From Cyanophora paradoxa CCMP329 (Eukaryota; Plantae; Glaucophyta): a stretch of 64,000 nt of DNA. The stretch is from assembly GCA_004431415.1 (NCBI GenBank), contig QPMI01000533.1, positions 62,001 through 126,000 of the forward strand. Direction: 5' to 3'. The translations under genes were made by a program, and so were the position numbers. The notes under the pieces were generated by a model. The model had not been told where the DNA came from. It searched no databases and saw only the letters and a program-made list of their open reading frames with translations. Shown piece by piece: positions 35,644 through 47,097 of this stretch. Position 1 is the first letter of the stretch; each line of letters begins with the position of its first letter.

Positions 35644-38511
35644 ATGACCGATGGTCCCCCGCAGATCATCTTGATCTTCGTCGACGGGTCCGCCACGCCT
35701 GAGGCGCTCGTCGCCGCTCTCGAGGCCGCCAACGACGCGCGCAATCTGGTCCGCCACAAAACTAGAAAGCGCATTCAAATTTGAACTCTTCGCGCCACAG
35801 GGATACTCCGTGCGCGTGGCGGACGTGGACGGCTCGTCCGCCGAAGCTCTGGTGGACGATGTGATGCTGGTCGCCTTGGCGGACCCCAACGCCCTCTTCG
35901 TGGGCAACAACGCCGTCGAGCAGCTCTACGAGGCCGTCTCCCGCCCCCGGAACCTGATCCCCGCCGGCACGTTTCTTCACCTAGCAATGTCACTGCCCGT
36001 GTCTCACTTTCCCCGCAGCCGGCGTCGGCGAAGCCGTCTCGGCCTCTATCCGTACGGCCTTCGTGCTCGATCACCCCGTTCGCATCGGCGATTCCGTCAA
36101 CGTTCATGTGGGGGTCCGCAAACCCTGCCACTCCTTCCGGCCCCGCTTATGCGCCACGGACCGCAGCTCGTCCTGTCGACTCCGGCTTCCGGTCAGACTT
36201 TCCGTCTTGTGGCGGTCGGGAACGACTATTTCTGGTGCGCGCGCTGTTTCGGCGGGGCGCGCAGTCCGCTCCTTTCCGACAGGCGGGGCAGCGGGGGGTA
36301 CGAGAGCAGCGTGGACATCGCGTCCGAGGCGGGCAAGGCCGTTCTGGAGGGGGAGCTCAGCCTAACTCCCAAGTTCAGCCGGGCGAACCTCCACGCCGGC
36401 GTGCGCGCCCTCAGGCCGGCTGTGCAGCTGGAGCTGTACAAGATCGAATCCGGCCAGCCCCCCGCTCGCGTGCCCCTCACCCGCGACTACCTCATCTTCC
36501 CCTTTGGTCCGCCAGCGCCTGCCCGCGGCGCTCCGGCCCGGTTCGCGATTGCTGACGCGTCGCAGAGCTGTTCACGGGCGACGTGTACAACGCTCGTTTC
36601 TACCCAAAGGACGGTCGCAGCAAGCACACAGTGCTCTTCCACGGGAGCGCCGGCTCTGGCAAGAGGCACGCCCCCGCCCGCCCGCCCGCCCGCCCCCCTG
36701 CGCGCTGACTTCCTGCCCAGCTCTCTTACCAATTCGATCTTCGCGAGCGTCCTCTCGCAGTCGGTGCGCGCATCGTCGACGGGCGGCTCCACTGGGCACG
36801 TCACGAGGCACTACCGCCGCTTCGCCCTCGACTCGACTATCCCATTTGCCCTCCCATTCGCCATCGCCGAGATGCCGTGCGCCCCCACCCGCCCGCTTCT
36901 GAGCGTCGCCGCCTCCGACTCCGCGGCAGGGGCAAGGACGACCACAACTTCGCGGGGGAGGAGCTGGCGATGGCCTGCGGCGGCCTCTTCGCCGACGGCG
37001 ACGCGGTACCCCTCGGGCAGGAGGCGCCCCTCACCCTCCGCGACAAGGTTCGGCCCCCACGCCCTTGCGCGCCGCCGCTGAGCCCGCGCGCAGCTCTCCG
37101 GGACCCGCCTGCGGGCCCGCGACAGCGCTGAGATCGAGCTGGAGCGCGCCGCCCCTGTCGTCGTCTTCGTCATCAGGCTCGTACCCCCCTTTCGCCGCAC
37201 CCTCCCCTCTTCCCCCCCCCCCGCACTCCCCCGCTTCAACCCCCCCCCCCCCCCTCTTAGGCCTCCCCCACCCTCCCTTAACTCCACCCTACCTTCCCCT
37301 TCCCCCCCCCCCCCCCCTCTTTTTCCCCTCCCCCTTCCCACAGCCCTATTCCCACGCTGAACTGTTCGAGCAGCGCGGAGGAGGCGCGCGGGGCGGATGT
37401 ACCCGACGGAGCCGTGGCGCGTCTGCAGCCCCACATCGAGGAGGTCATTCGCATCGGTTCGCGCAACCCGGCCCGGCCCTCGCCGCCCCAGCACCCCGCC
37501 GCTCACAACTGTCCCACGCAGGTCGCCGCATCTTGATCACTGTGACTCGCGGCGACGACATTGCGAACGCGGCGGAGGCCGCTTCGATCACCAACAAGCT
37601 CGTCCGCGCCCTCGCAGTGGACCGCAACTCGGTATGCCGACGATTTCCGTGCCATCCCGATGTAAACTTGGATCCAACATCGCAACGCAGGTCCACATCG
37701 TCACCAACAACGTCGACGACCGCGACAAGCACTTCGAGAAGGACAAGGTGCGAGGCGCCGGGGCCCGCCCGCACGCCTTCGAGCTGACGCCTTTCTTACC
37801 GTCTCATCCCAGGCCGCCTACCTCGCGCTTCTGGCGATGCTGGAGGACGCCTGCACCGTCCCGCGCTCCGTCCGTGCGCGCCGTCCCTCACTTCGCCCGT
37901 CCGCTTTCGCCTCCGCTGATTCCCGTCGCGCAGTGCTGCAGCCATACGGCCAGTCGACGGCTGCGGCGGCGTCGGCCCCGGTGGCTGCGGCGCCTCCGGC
38001 GGCCCCGGCGCTGACGCAGGAGCAGCTGCTGGCTGCCCTCGCGAGCCTCATGGGCAACCAGGCCGCGCCGGCGCCGGCCTCGGCGTGACGCCAGGGCGCT
38101 GGCGTCCGCGACGGGGCGGCGGAGGAGGAGGCGGCGGGCGCTGGCGGGGAGGCGGCGAGCGGCGGAGGAGGGCGCGAGGAGGCGGCGGCGGAGGAGCCGG
38201 CGGCGGCTGACGTCGGCGGAGGCGGCGAGGGGACGGCGGTGGCGGAGGCGGGCGAGGCGGCGGCCGGCACCGGAGGCGGCGGGGAGGAGGCCGAGGAGGA
38301 GGACGCACTGGAGAGCGACGTGGAGTGGAGCGGCGACGACGAGGCGGACCTCGACGTGGAGGAGGGGCCAGATCCGGAGGGACCCCCGCAAGCCGCCGGC
38401 CCCTCCGCCCCGGCCGCCCCCGCGGCCGGTGGGACTCACGAGCAGCGGTCGCCGCCCGCGGGGCCCTTGGCGCGCCTCGCGAGCGCGGGGAGAGCGTTGT
38501 TTGGGCGGTAG
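35644..38511 (+). CDS. IFI44-like P-loop GTPase with N-terminal TIR-like and beta-rich domains and an acidic tail
   Basis: Spliced TVLFHGSAGSGKS|SLTNSI (Walker A), GGSTGHVTRHYRRF, LPFAIAEMP, GLFADG, PVVVFVI, ILITVTRGD, VHIVTN..DKHFEKDKAAYLALLAML. Motif order matches the IFI44/IFI44L GTPase-like domain. Ends at 38088 if the 33-nt intron 38062-38094 is retained. Confidence 0.78.
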
Positions 38512-38851
38512 TTCAGGCTTTTCTATCCCCAGCGCGCAGCTCGAATGTTTTGTTCATATCGATGTTCAACAGAGCTGCGCATGCGCTGATATCATCATTT
38601 GACTTGCACATCATAACTTATGCCTATGCACATCGGCAGGGTCCCCCCCTAGGGGTCTTTGATTGATATTAGAGGCGGCTCTGGTGTACTGGTATACATA
38701 CACACACCGCAGAATAAGCGCGCTCCTGACCTAGAGCTGGGACTGTGACCTACAACGCTGGGCTCTATACATCTTCAGATAATAAAGGGCTCCGATCCGA
38801 TCCGATCCCATCGATCCGCGCCGGCGGCGGCAGCGGCTCGGCCGCGGGCCG

Positions 38852-41266
38852 CTACAAGTCGGCAATGCGGACGCGGCCCTCGCCCCCGGCGAAGGCGATC
38901 GATTTCACGTCCGGCGCCCTGCGTTACAAGTAAGCAAATTTGATCCCGAATTCGATCTGGGGGGGGGTGAGGGGAGGGGGGGGGTACGGCGCGCCAGCAG
39001 GCGGTGTAGACCCCCTTCTCGAGGCCCGTGACCGAGCCCAGGATCGCCCCGCTGCTCCTGTTGAAGATCTGTGCCCCGTACCCCGCCCGCCCGGATCAGG
39101 GGGGGTACCGGCCAGAAGCGGGAGGGGAGGGGGGTACGGCAGCCGACCTTGACCTCGTTGCGCCCGCTGCCGCCGGCGACGACCATCGAGCCGGCCGGGT
39201 CCCCCGAGAACTGCGCACTGCGAACGAAGTCAAACAAAGCGAACGAAGCGATCAAATTAAGCGATCAAATTAAGCGCACGTGTAGAGGAGGCACTGGGCC
39301 TGCTGGAAGGGGTTGGCGGTGAAGGGGATCGTCTTGACGAGGGCCGTCGTCCCCAGGTCCCACACCTGCAGCTGGTCCTTCGGGCGCCTGCGCCCCCCGC
39401 AGCTCAGCTATTCTATCATCCTCTCTCTTCTTATCTTTCCTCCGCCCTCGCTCGCACCAGGAGCCGGTGAGGACCTCGTCGCCTTGGACGTCGACGGCGT
39501 CGCCGCAGATGTGCGCCCCGAAGATGCTCCGCACCGCGTAGTCCACCCGCATGTCCCACACCCTGCCCCCGCCGCCCGTCATCAGCTCAGCTCGGACTCC
39601 CTCTTCTTCTTCTCCGCTCTTCTTCGATTGGACCTCGGGCCGGTCTGGGTGTTTCTAGTCTTTCAGAAGGTTCAGGAGGACTAGGAGAGTGCGGGGCGCG
39701 CTCGGCTCAGATCCCTCAGATCCTAGGCGCTAAGAAGAAGCGGCGCTAAGAGCTTAGACGCCCGCGCGTGTAGAAGCGGGCGGGGCTGGGGAGGGGGCGG
39801 GGCGGGGCGGGGTACGGCGCACTGGATGGTGTTGTCCCACCCGCCGCTGATGAAGAGGTGCTCGTTGTTCGGCACGAACTGGGGGATAGGGGCACCGAGG
39901 TGAGAAGGGCGGGGGAGGGGGGGGGGGGGGGGCTGGGGGGGGGCTGGGGGGCGGGGTGGGGGTGGGGGGGGGGGGGGGGGGGGGGGGACAGGGAGGAGGG
40001 GGAGGGGAGGGACGAGGCTCCCTCCCTCCCCTTCAACATCTTATACCCCTTTCCGGGGAAGAAGGGGGGAGGCGGGTGGGTGCGGAATGGGGGGGGTACC
40101 TTCAGCGAGAAGACGCGGTTCGAGTGGCCGGGCCGGGCCTTGCCGTACCCCCCCGCCAGCTCCTGTACAAGCTGCTCGCCCGACCCCGGGGAGTCAAGAG
40201 ACGCGGCGGACGTCCTGTACCCCTCCCCGCGCACCGTCTTGGTCGCTTCGTCGTACAATCGGACCTGCGGGCGGGCGGGCGGGCGGGGCGCGTTCGAGCT
40301 CAGGAAGAAAGGGGTACGGTCGATCGGGGCGGGGCGGGGCGCGGTGGGGCGAGCGGGGCGCGCCTTGAAATCCTGTCCCGCAGTGATGAACTTTAGGCCA
40401 TCGTAGCGGTAGTCCAACGCGTACACCTGCGGGTGGGAGCGGAGGAAAGAAGTTGAGCGGAGAGGGGGACGGCGCGTGCCGAGCGGCGGGAGAGGAGGAA
40501 GAGAAGGAGGGGTACCTGGTTGTCCTCCTCGGTGATCGTGTGCAGGCACTTCCCGCTCGTGATGTGCCAGTGCTTCACCGTGCCGTCGGCCCTGCGCGGC
40601 GGCAAGTTCGAAAGACTGCGCAAGCGCACGCGCGGCGCAGGCAGGAGGCGGGGCTCACCCGGTCGCCAGGAGCACGTTCTTCGTCTTGCTTTGTGCTGCG
40701 ATGCGTCAGCGTGGACGGGAGAGCGCGCGCTCGCGCGTGCAGCACCGGTGTAGGGCCGGAATCGGACTGCGGCGAGGCGTGAGCGCGGGGCGGAAGCGAG
40801 GCGAATGCGGAGGGTGACGCTTACGGCACGTTATGGGGAGCACAGCCGATCCGTCAGAGACGAGTTCATAGCTGAGCTTCCCTGCGCGGCCTTCAGCCGG
40901 CGGCCCGACTCCCGCATCGGCACGACCAGCGGGCGAACCCGATTCCGCGTTGAAGATCTTGATGACTCCGTCGCCGTAGCCCGCCGCGACATACACTCCG
41001 TCCATGCTGCGAGACGCGCGCTGAGTGTCGCCCTGACGTGTCGCCTGGGGTGCGGGCGCACGAGTAGCGTATACAAAACGTCTCCGGCTTCTCCTTGCCA
41101 TGCGTGTGCCTGTCCTCGCTCTCTAGCCTACGAGTGAAGGACGATCAGATGACGCGCTGCGTCTGGGCCCGTGTGACGCGCGCGGCGCCTTCAGACACCC
41201 TAGATTCTTGACGGTAAGCGGACGCTCCGGCTTCACTCCGCCGGGGAGCTCCTCCTCTTTCGACAT
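38852..41266 (-). CDS. WD40-repeat protein
   Basis: DGVYVAAGYGDGVIKIFN, ADGTVKHWHITSGKCL, GHSNRVFSLK, FISGGWDNTI, WDMRVDYAVRSIFGAHICGDAVD and LTGSW across many introns. Confidence 0.9.
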
Positions 41267-41551
41267 GGTGCTTTGTGTGCTCGTACCCCCATCCGGCAGA
41301 ACAACTTGCAGCAGCAGGAGCCGGCCGCCGCACCCCGCAAGAGTTCGGACAACAGCCTCCCACCCGATCTCGGCAGTCCGGCCTCCGCCGCAGGTTCCTC
41401 GTGGTGACGCGTGCGGCGTCCAGGCCGGCTCCGGCGGCGGCGATCCGCTTGGAAACAGCTTCCTAACTGCGTCTACGCGGCCGGCCACGAGCTGGTTCAC
41501 CGCGCGGCGCTGAAGCGACTCGGCGGCTGCAGCCCCCCGCAGCCCACGGCC

Positions 41552-44500
41552 ATGCTCCGCCTAGCTACGCGCGTGGCCGCGGCGGGCGCGGCCATCGGCG
41601 CGTCGGCTCTGACGTTCGTCAACTTCGCGGCGGACTTCGACGGCAGCGAGCTCCCGGTTGCGGGCGACGCGCCCGCCCGCGCTCTCAGGACCCGCGCCGA
41701 GCACCTTGCCGACCTAGGCGCCTCCTCCAAGAACCCCTTCGATGTCCTCGTCATCGGTGCGCCCGCCGGCGACGCCCGCGCGGGCCCGCGCCTCGTTGGG
41801 GCGGCGCCGGACGATCGGGTCCCGCGCAGGCGGCGGCGCCACGGGCGCGGGCATCGCTCTGGACTGCGCCACCCGCGGCCTCCGCTGTGCGATGGTCGAA
41901 AGGGACGGTACGCAGCGCCCGGCGGCATGCTGCGGCCGACCCATGCCTGCCCCGAGGCCCCTCTCCAACCGCATCGATCCCTCCCATCTCAGACTTCGCG
42001 GCTGGGACCTCCTCCCGATCGGCGCGCCCGTACCCCCCTCCCACCCGCCCGCCTCGCTTTTTTGCAGCTCTTATGATACCCCTCCCAGACGAAGCTCATC
42101 CACGGGGGTATTCGGTACCTCGAGAAGGCTTTCTTTCAGCTGGATCCCTCCCAGTTCAACCTCGTCTTTGAGGCCCTGCACGGTCCGGAAACCCCGTACC
42201 CCGCTTCTTCTGCGCTCGTACCCCTGACAGACACGTCGCACCGCCCGCAGAGCGGCGCCACTTCTACCACGTCTGCCCGTTCAGTGCGTGCCCGGCCGCC
42301 GAGCGAGGGGGGGGGGGGCCGGTACCCCCCTCGTTCCTTCCCTGCCTGACGGCGGTCCGCCCCTCGCAGACGCGTACGTGGTACCCATCATGATCCCTAC
42401 GTTCGCCTGGTGGGAGGTCCGCGAATGCTGTACCCCTCCACCCACCCCCTGTATTTCATACCCTCCTTTTTCCTCAGGTCCCGTACTACTGGGCGGGCGC
42501 CAAGGCCTACGATCTCGTCGCCGGGCTCCGCCGCGGCCCCGTACCCCCCTCCCACTTCGTCTTTCCAGGTGGTGCGTGATCCGTACCCCTCCCCTCGGAT
42601 GCAGCACCCCCTGCCCTTCCCTTATTCCGTACCCCCCGCAGAGGCGATGCACCTGTTCCCGACGCTGCGCCGCGAGGGCCTCAAGGGCACCGTCGTGTAC
42701 TACGGTGCGGTACCCCCTTCTCCCCAATCCATCTACCCCAGCAGCCTTAACCCCCCCCCCCCCCCCCCCCTTTGCAGACGGGATGCAGAACGACGCGCGG
42801 GTGAATGTTCTCGTGGCCCTCACGGCCGCCGCCAAGGTCCGCCCCCGTACCCCCCCTTCCCTACCCCCTCGCTTCCCAGGCGAGGGCGTACCCGTCGCGC
42901 AGGGCGCCGCCGTCGTAAACCACTGCGGTGTGGTCCGTCTCCTCAAGGACAAGGCCCGTACCCCCTCTAACTCGCTGTACCCCCTCCTTCCGACCTAGCT
43001 AACTTGCTGTACCCCCGCAGGCGGGGAAGGTGATCGGGGCGCGGGTGCGGGACGGCGAGACGGGCAGGGAGATCGACGTGCGGGCGAAAGCCGTCATTAA
43101 CGCCGCCGGGCCCTTCTGCGGTGCGCGCGGCGGGGGCGCGTACCCCCCGTGGATTGCGTACCCCTGAGAGGTTTTTGCAGATGGCGTGCGGGAGATGGAC
43201 GAGCCGGGGACTCCCCCCCTCGTCACGCCCTCGGTGCGCCGGCGCCCGAAGCGAGCGACTCTGAGCGAGTGCCAGTCGCGAGCGACTCTGAGCGAATCTG
43301 ATTTAATCAACTTTCCCGCCGCTCAGGTGGGGGTACACATCGTGCTCCCCGACCACGTCGCCCCCTCCAACGCCGGCCTCATCGTTCCCAAGACGCGGGT
43401 TCGACTCCCGACGGGCCCCTTTTCGTCCCACGGCCGTGACTTTGCGCGCAGGACGGTCGCGTGCTTTTCTGTCTACCCTGGGAGGGATCCATCCTCGCCG
43501 GGACGACCGATAGCCCCGCCCGCCTCGAGCCCCTCCCGGCCCCCTCCAGGGTACCGGCGTCGTACCCCCCGCCGCTCTATAATTTAGCCCGCCGACGGCC
43601 GCAACGCTCGCAGGAGGATGTCGAGTGGATTCTGAGGGAGCTTGGCGAGTTCCTTCGCGTACCCCTCGAGCCCCGCGACGTGCGCGCGGCCTGGTCCGGT
43701 TTCCGGTGCGGTCGTACCCCCTTCCTCCCCCCTCTTTCACCCCCGAGCCCCGAGCCGAACCTCGCAGGCCCCTCGCCGCCCCGCCGGCCGCGGGGCAGTC
43801 CGCCGCGCGCACGAGCGACGTCGTTCGCGATCACTTCGTCACGGTACCCCTCTCCCCAGATATCGCGCACCCCTCTGACTGTCCCTTGAATCGGAAGGTG
43901 TCGCCCTCGGGGCTGCTGACGATCACGGGGGGGAAGTGGAGTGCGTCATCTGTACCCCCTTCCGCACCCCGCCCTCTCTGACGCGCCTCCCTTCTCCCTT
44001 CCACCACCCGCAAACGCAGCCACTTACCGGTACGGATCTACCCGCCCTCACTCCGTCCCTGCCTTTCGCTCTGTCTGAGCCACCCCCGCGCGCAGGAAGG
44101 CGAGGCTACCCCCCCCCCCCCCCCCCCAACCCCCGCTCCCCTTGAACCCGTACCCCCTTAGATGGCCGAGGACGCCGTTGAGGCCGCCATCTCCGCCGCG
44201 GGCCTCCAGCCCCAGTACCCCTCCCGCACCCTCCAGGCGCGCCCCGTACCCGCGCCTTCCCTGGACGGCCCGCAGCTAACGTACCCCCCCCCATCAGACG
44301 ATGCTGGTGGGGGGGCACGAGTGGACGCCACTCGCGCCGGTATCCCTGCGCCGCGACTTCGGCCTCGACAAGGCGTGTACCCCCCTCGTTCTCCTCGTCT
44401 CCTTCTTCCGCTGTTGATGCTGTACCCCCAGGATATCGCGGAGCACCTTTCTCGGAACTACGGCGACCGCTCTCGCGATATCGCCGAGGTGCGGTACCCC

Positions 44501-45076
44501 CGCCGTCCTTTCTCGGTCCCCTCATTTCTGCGGTCTTGCGCGGGGCAGCTGGCGAAGCAGCCCGCGCCGGGCCCCTCCTCCAAGTCCCGTACCCCCACCA
44601 ACCTCTCCGCCCGCCTCGCCCCCGTGAGCCCCCCCGGGTTCCCCTCGGGCTCTCCGGTGCTCAATCGCCGGCAGGGGTACCCATTCATCGAGGCCGAGGT
44701 CCTGTACGGCGCCCGCCAGGAGGTACCCCCCTCTCGCTCGCGTACCCGCCGGTCGGTCCCTTGACGCCGTACCCCCAAAAATACAGTACGCGACGACGGC
44801 GGTGGATGTCCTCGCGCGCCGCACGCGACTCGCCTTCCTCGACCGCGACGCAGCCGCCGCGGTACCCCCCTTTTCCCCCACCCCTCACTGTACCCCCCCT
44901 GAGCCTGACCCGGCGGGGTACAGGCCGCGCCGCGTGTGGTGGAGCTGCTCGCGGGGGAGCTCGGCTGGTCCAAGAAGCGCCGGGAGCGCGAGGCGAACGA
45001 AGTGGCGCGCTTCCTTTCCACAATGCACTGTACCCCTTCGGCCCTGCAGGCCCCGAGCCCGGCGCCCCGCCCCTGA
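41552..45076 (+). CDS. GPD2: Mitochondrial FAD-dependent glycerol-3-phosphate dehydrogenase (GPD2/SDP6-like)
   Basis: FDVLVIGGGATGAGIALD, DFAAGTSSRSTKLIHGGIRYLE, YYDGMQNDARVN, VINAAGPF, GGKWTTYRKMAED, GYPFIEAEV and DVLARRTRLAFLD. Confidence 0.95.
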
Positions 45077-45730
45077 CAGCCGGACATGCCTTAGGCCGAC
45101 ACGGGCCGGACGCACAGCATCCCGCAACTGACCGCCGGGCGCGCGCGCGCGCCCGGCGCCGCGCCCCTTGTATGATTGCAATTTTGTTCGAAGGCTCTAG
45201 CTAGCGGGAGCGAGCCCAGATCCGATGATCCCGAAGTTCGGATCACTGAGTCAGCTAGATTTTAGATTTAGAACAGTGAGGACTCTGATCCGGTCGCGGG
45301 ATCCCGGATCGGGATCCGGATCATCGATCGGATTAGCCAGATTTTGTACAGATGTTGATGTATGTACGCATGCTGCAGCTAGCGCTGATGTGCGACGTCA
45401 GAATATTATAAGCGTAAGCGTAGTACGGCACCGCCGCACGTCAGGGCTCCCGACGGGGAAACAGCTCTCGCGATCGTCTCATACAGTTTAATATTAACGC
45501 GACAGCTGCAGAATCTAACCTAGACTTCTCCGAGGCTCGAACACTCAAGATCTAGACTAAGCCTGCACTAGCGGGACGCTACGCACTGGGCAATATTAAT
45601 GGGCACAGGGGGGCTTTACATCGGGCTGCGCTCCTGTGCAACTGAAGAAAGAAGAGCAACGCAAAAAAGCAGCAGAGAAGCAGAGGGGAAGGGGAAAAAA
45701 CGATGGCGCCGGGCCCAGGGCGGCGGCGGC

Positions 45731-46937
45731 TCAGGAGTTGGGTATCGAGATAGTCATGTGGCGGATCATTGCTGGGTGCCTGAGGACCATTTGTCGGTAC
45801 TCTGCGAACGAAGCGATGAGGACGAGGGACAGCGACTGAGAGCGTCGGCGGCACCTTCGAAGTCGATCCGACCGTCTGCGCGCGGCGCCCCGTGAGCAAA
45901 GACAGAAGAAAGAGAAAAGAGAAGGGGGCGTACCACCGTCGGTGTCTGCTTCTCGGAACGTGGCATCTGCCCGGACGAGACCCGTGAGACATCAGGGTCC
46001 GACCGGACAGCGGCGAGGCACGCACCTAGTACGGTCTGCATTTGCTCGGGCGTGAGGTTCAAGTTGTTCCTGCGGGCCGCGCGTGAGCTCTGCTCTCGAC
46101 TCCGGCACCGGCCGGCGCTGGCCGGGCGCACTCGATCAGCGATGCTTCGAGCATTTTGCTCAGCTCGTCGCGCGAGATGCGCTCGTCGCCATCAAAGTCC
46201 TGCGGGACAAATCAGAAGAGAACAAGAAGAAAGAAGCGCCGCGGGGCGCACGTAGATCTTGAACGAGACTGGCGAAGACACCGGCAAGCGCGGAAGCGAT
46301 TAGCCAGGGTCAGCGCGGCGGCGACTTCCGTACGCACATTTCAGCTTCTCTTCGAGCGTTCCCTGCACGGCGGAACGCCAGTTAGCGCTCGGCGGGGCGG
46401 GGCCAGCGGTGCATGGGTCGCTGCACCTTCGGGCAGAAGACGCTGAGGCCGCTGCGCGGGGCGCGGCTCAGCAAAGATGAAGCATGTAACTGCCTTACGG
46501 CGCTTACGTGAGAAACTCCCGGAAGTTGATGCGGCCGTCCGCGTTCCTATCGAAAAGACTACTCATTGTCGTCAGCGGCTGCTCGCACGCCAGGGACGCC
46601 GGGCGGCCGAACGCTACGTACCTGAACAGCCGATCTACGAAGAGCGATGCCCTGAGGCCGAGTGCCTGCTTGAACTCCTCCTTGTCGATGAGGCCGTCGT
46701 CGGAGATGGACCCACTGATGCTAGAGAAGTGCCTATAGAGGTGCATGATTTCATCCTGAGTAAAATCTGCGTTCGAAGACGGCGTCTCAGCGCGCGCGGG
46801 CGCACGGGGCGCCGGAGCGCGAGGTTGCGCGGCCGCCAGTCCGCGCGGCGGGGGGGCTCACGCGTCGCTCCAACGAAGTCCTTGATCTCCTTTTCCTTTA
46901 GCGCGCTTTTGCTCCGCCCCGATTGATTCTGTCCCAT
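45731..46937 (-). CDS. Calcineurin-B-like EF-hand calcium sensor
   Basis: MGQNQS (myristoylation-type N-terminus), SISGSISDDGLIDKEEF, LFDRNADGRINFREF, EEKLKFSFKIYDFDGD and TFREADTDGDGRIDFEEY. Confidence 0.92.
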
Positions 46938-47097
46938 AGCGCCACTCCGCGGCCGTCGAGGCCGGCTAAGCTCTACGCCGCGTTGCTACTATCGAGCGTG
47001 GCCCCCGTTGTCAAGTTTGCGCTGTGCGCCGGAGCCGTAGTTGCAACCGGCGCCAAGGGGCTTTTTTACGCCTGGGTACAGTGGCAAAACGGTGTGG

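Noticed and set aside
42020-45040. GGGGTAC as interstitial telomere repeats
   Set aside because: The motif is dispersed rather than tandem, and its orientation follows the gene strand.
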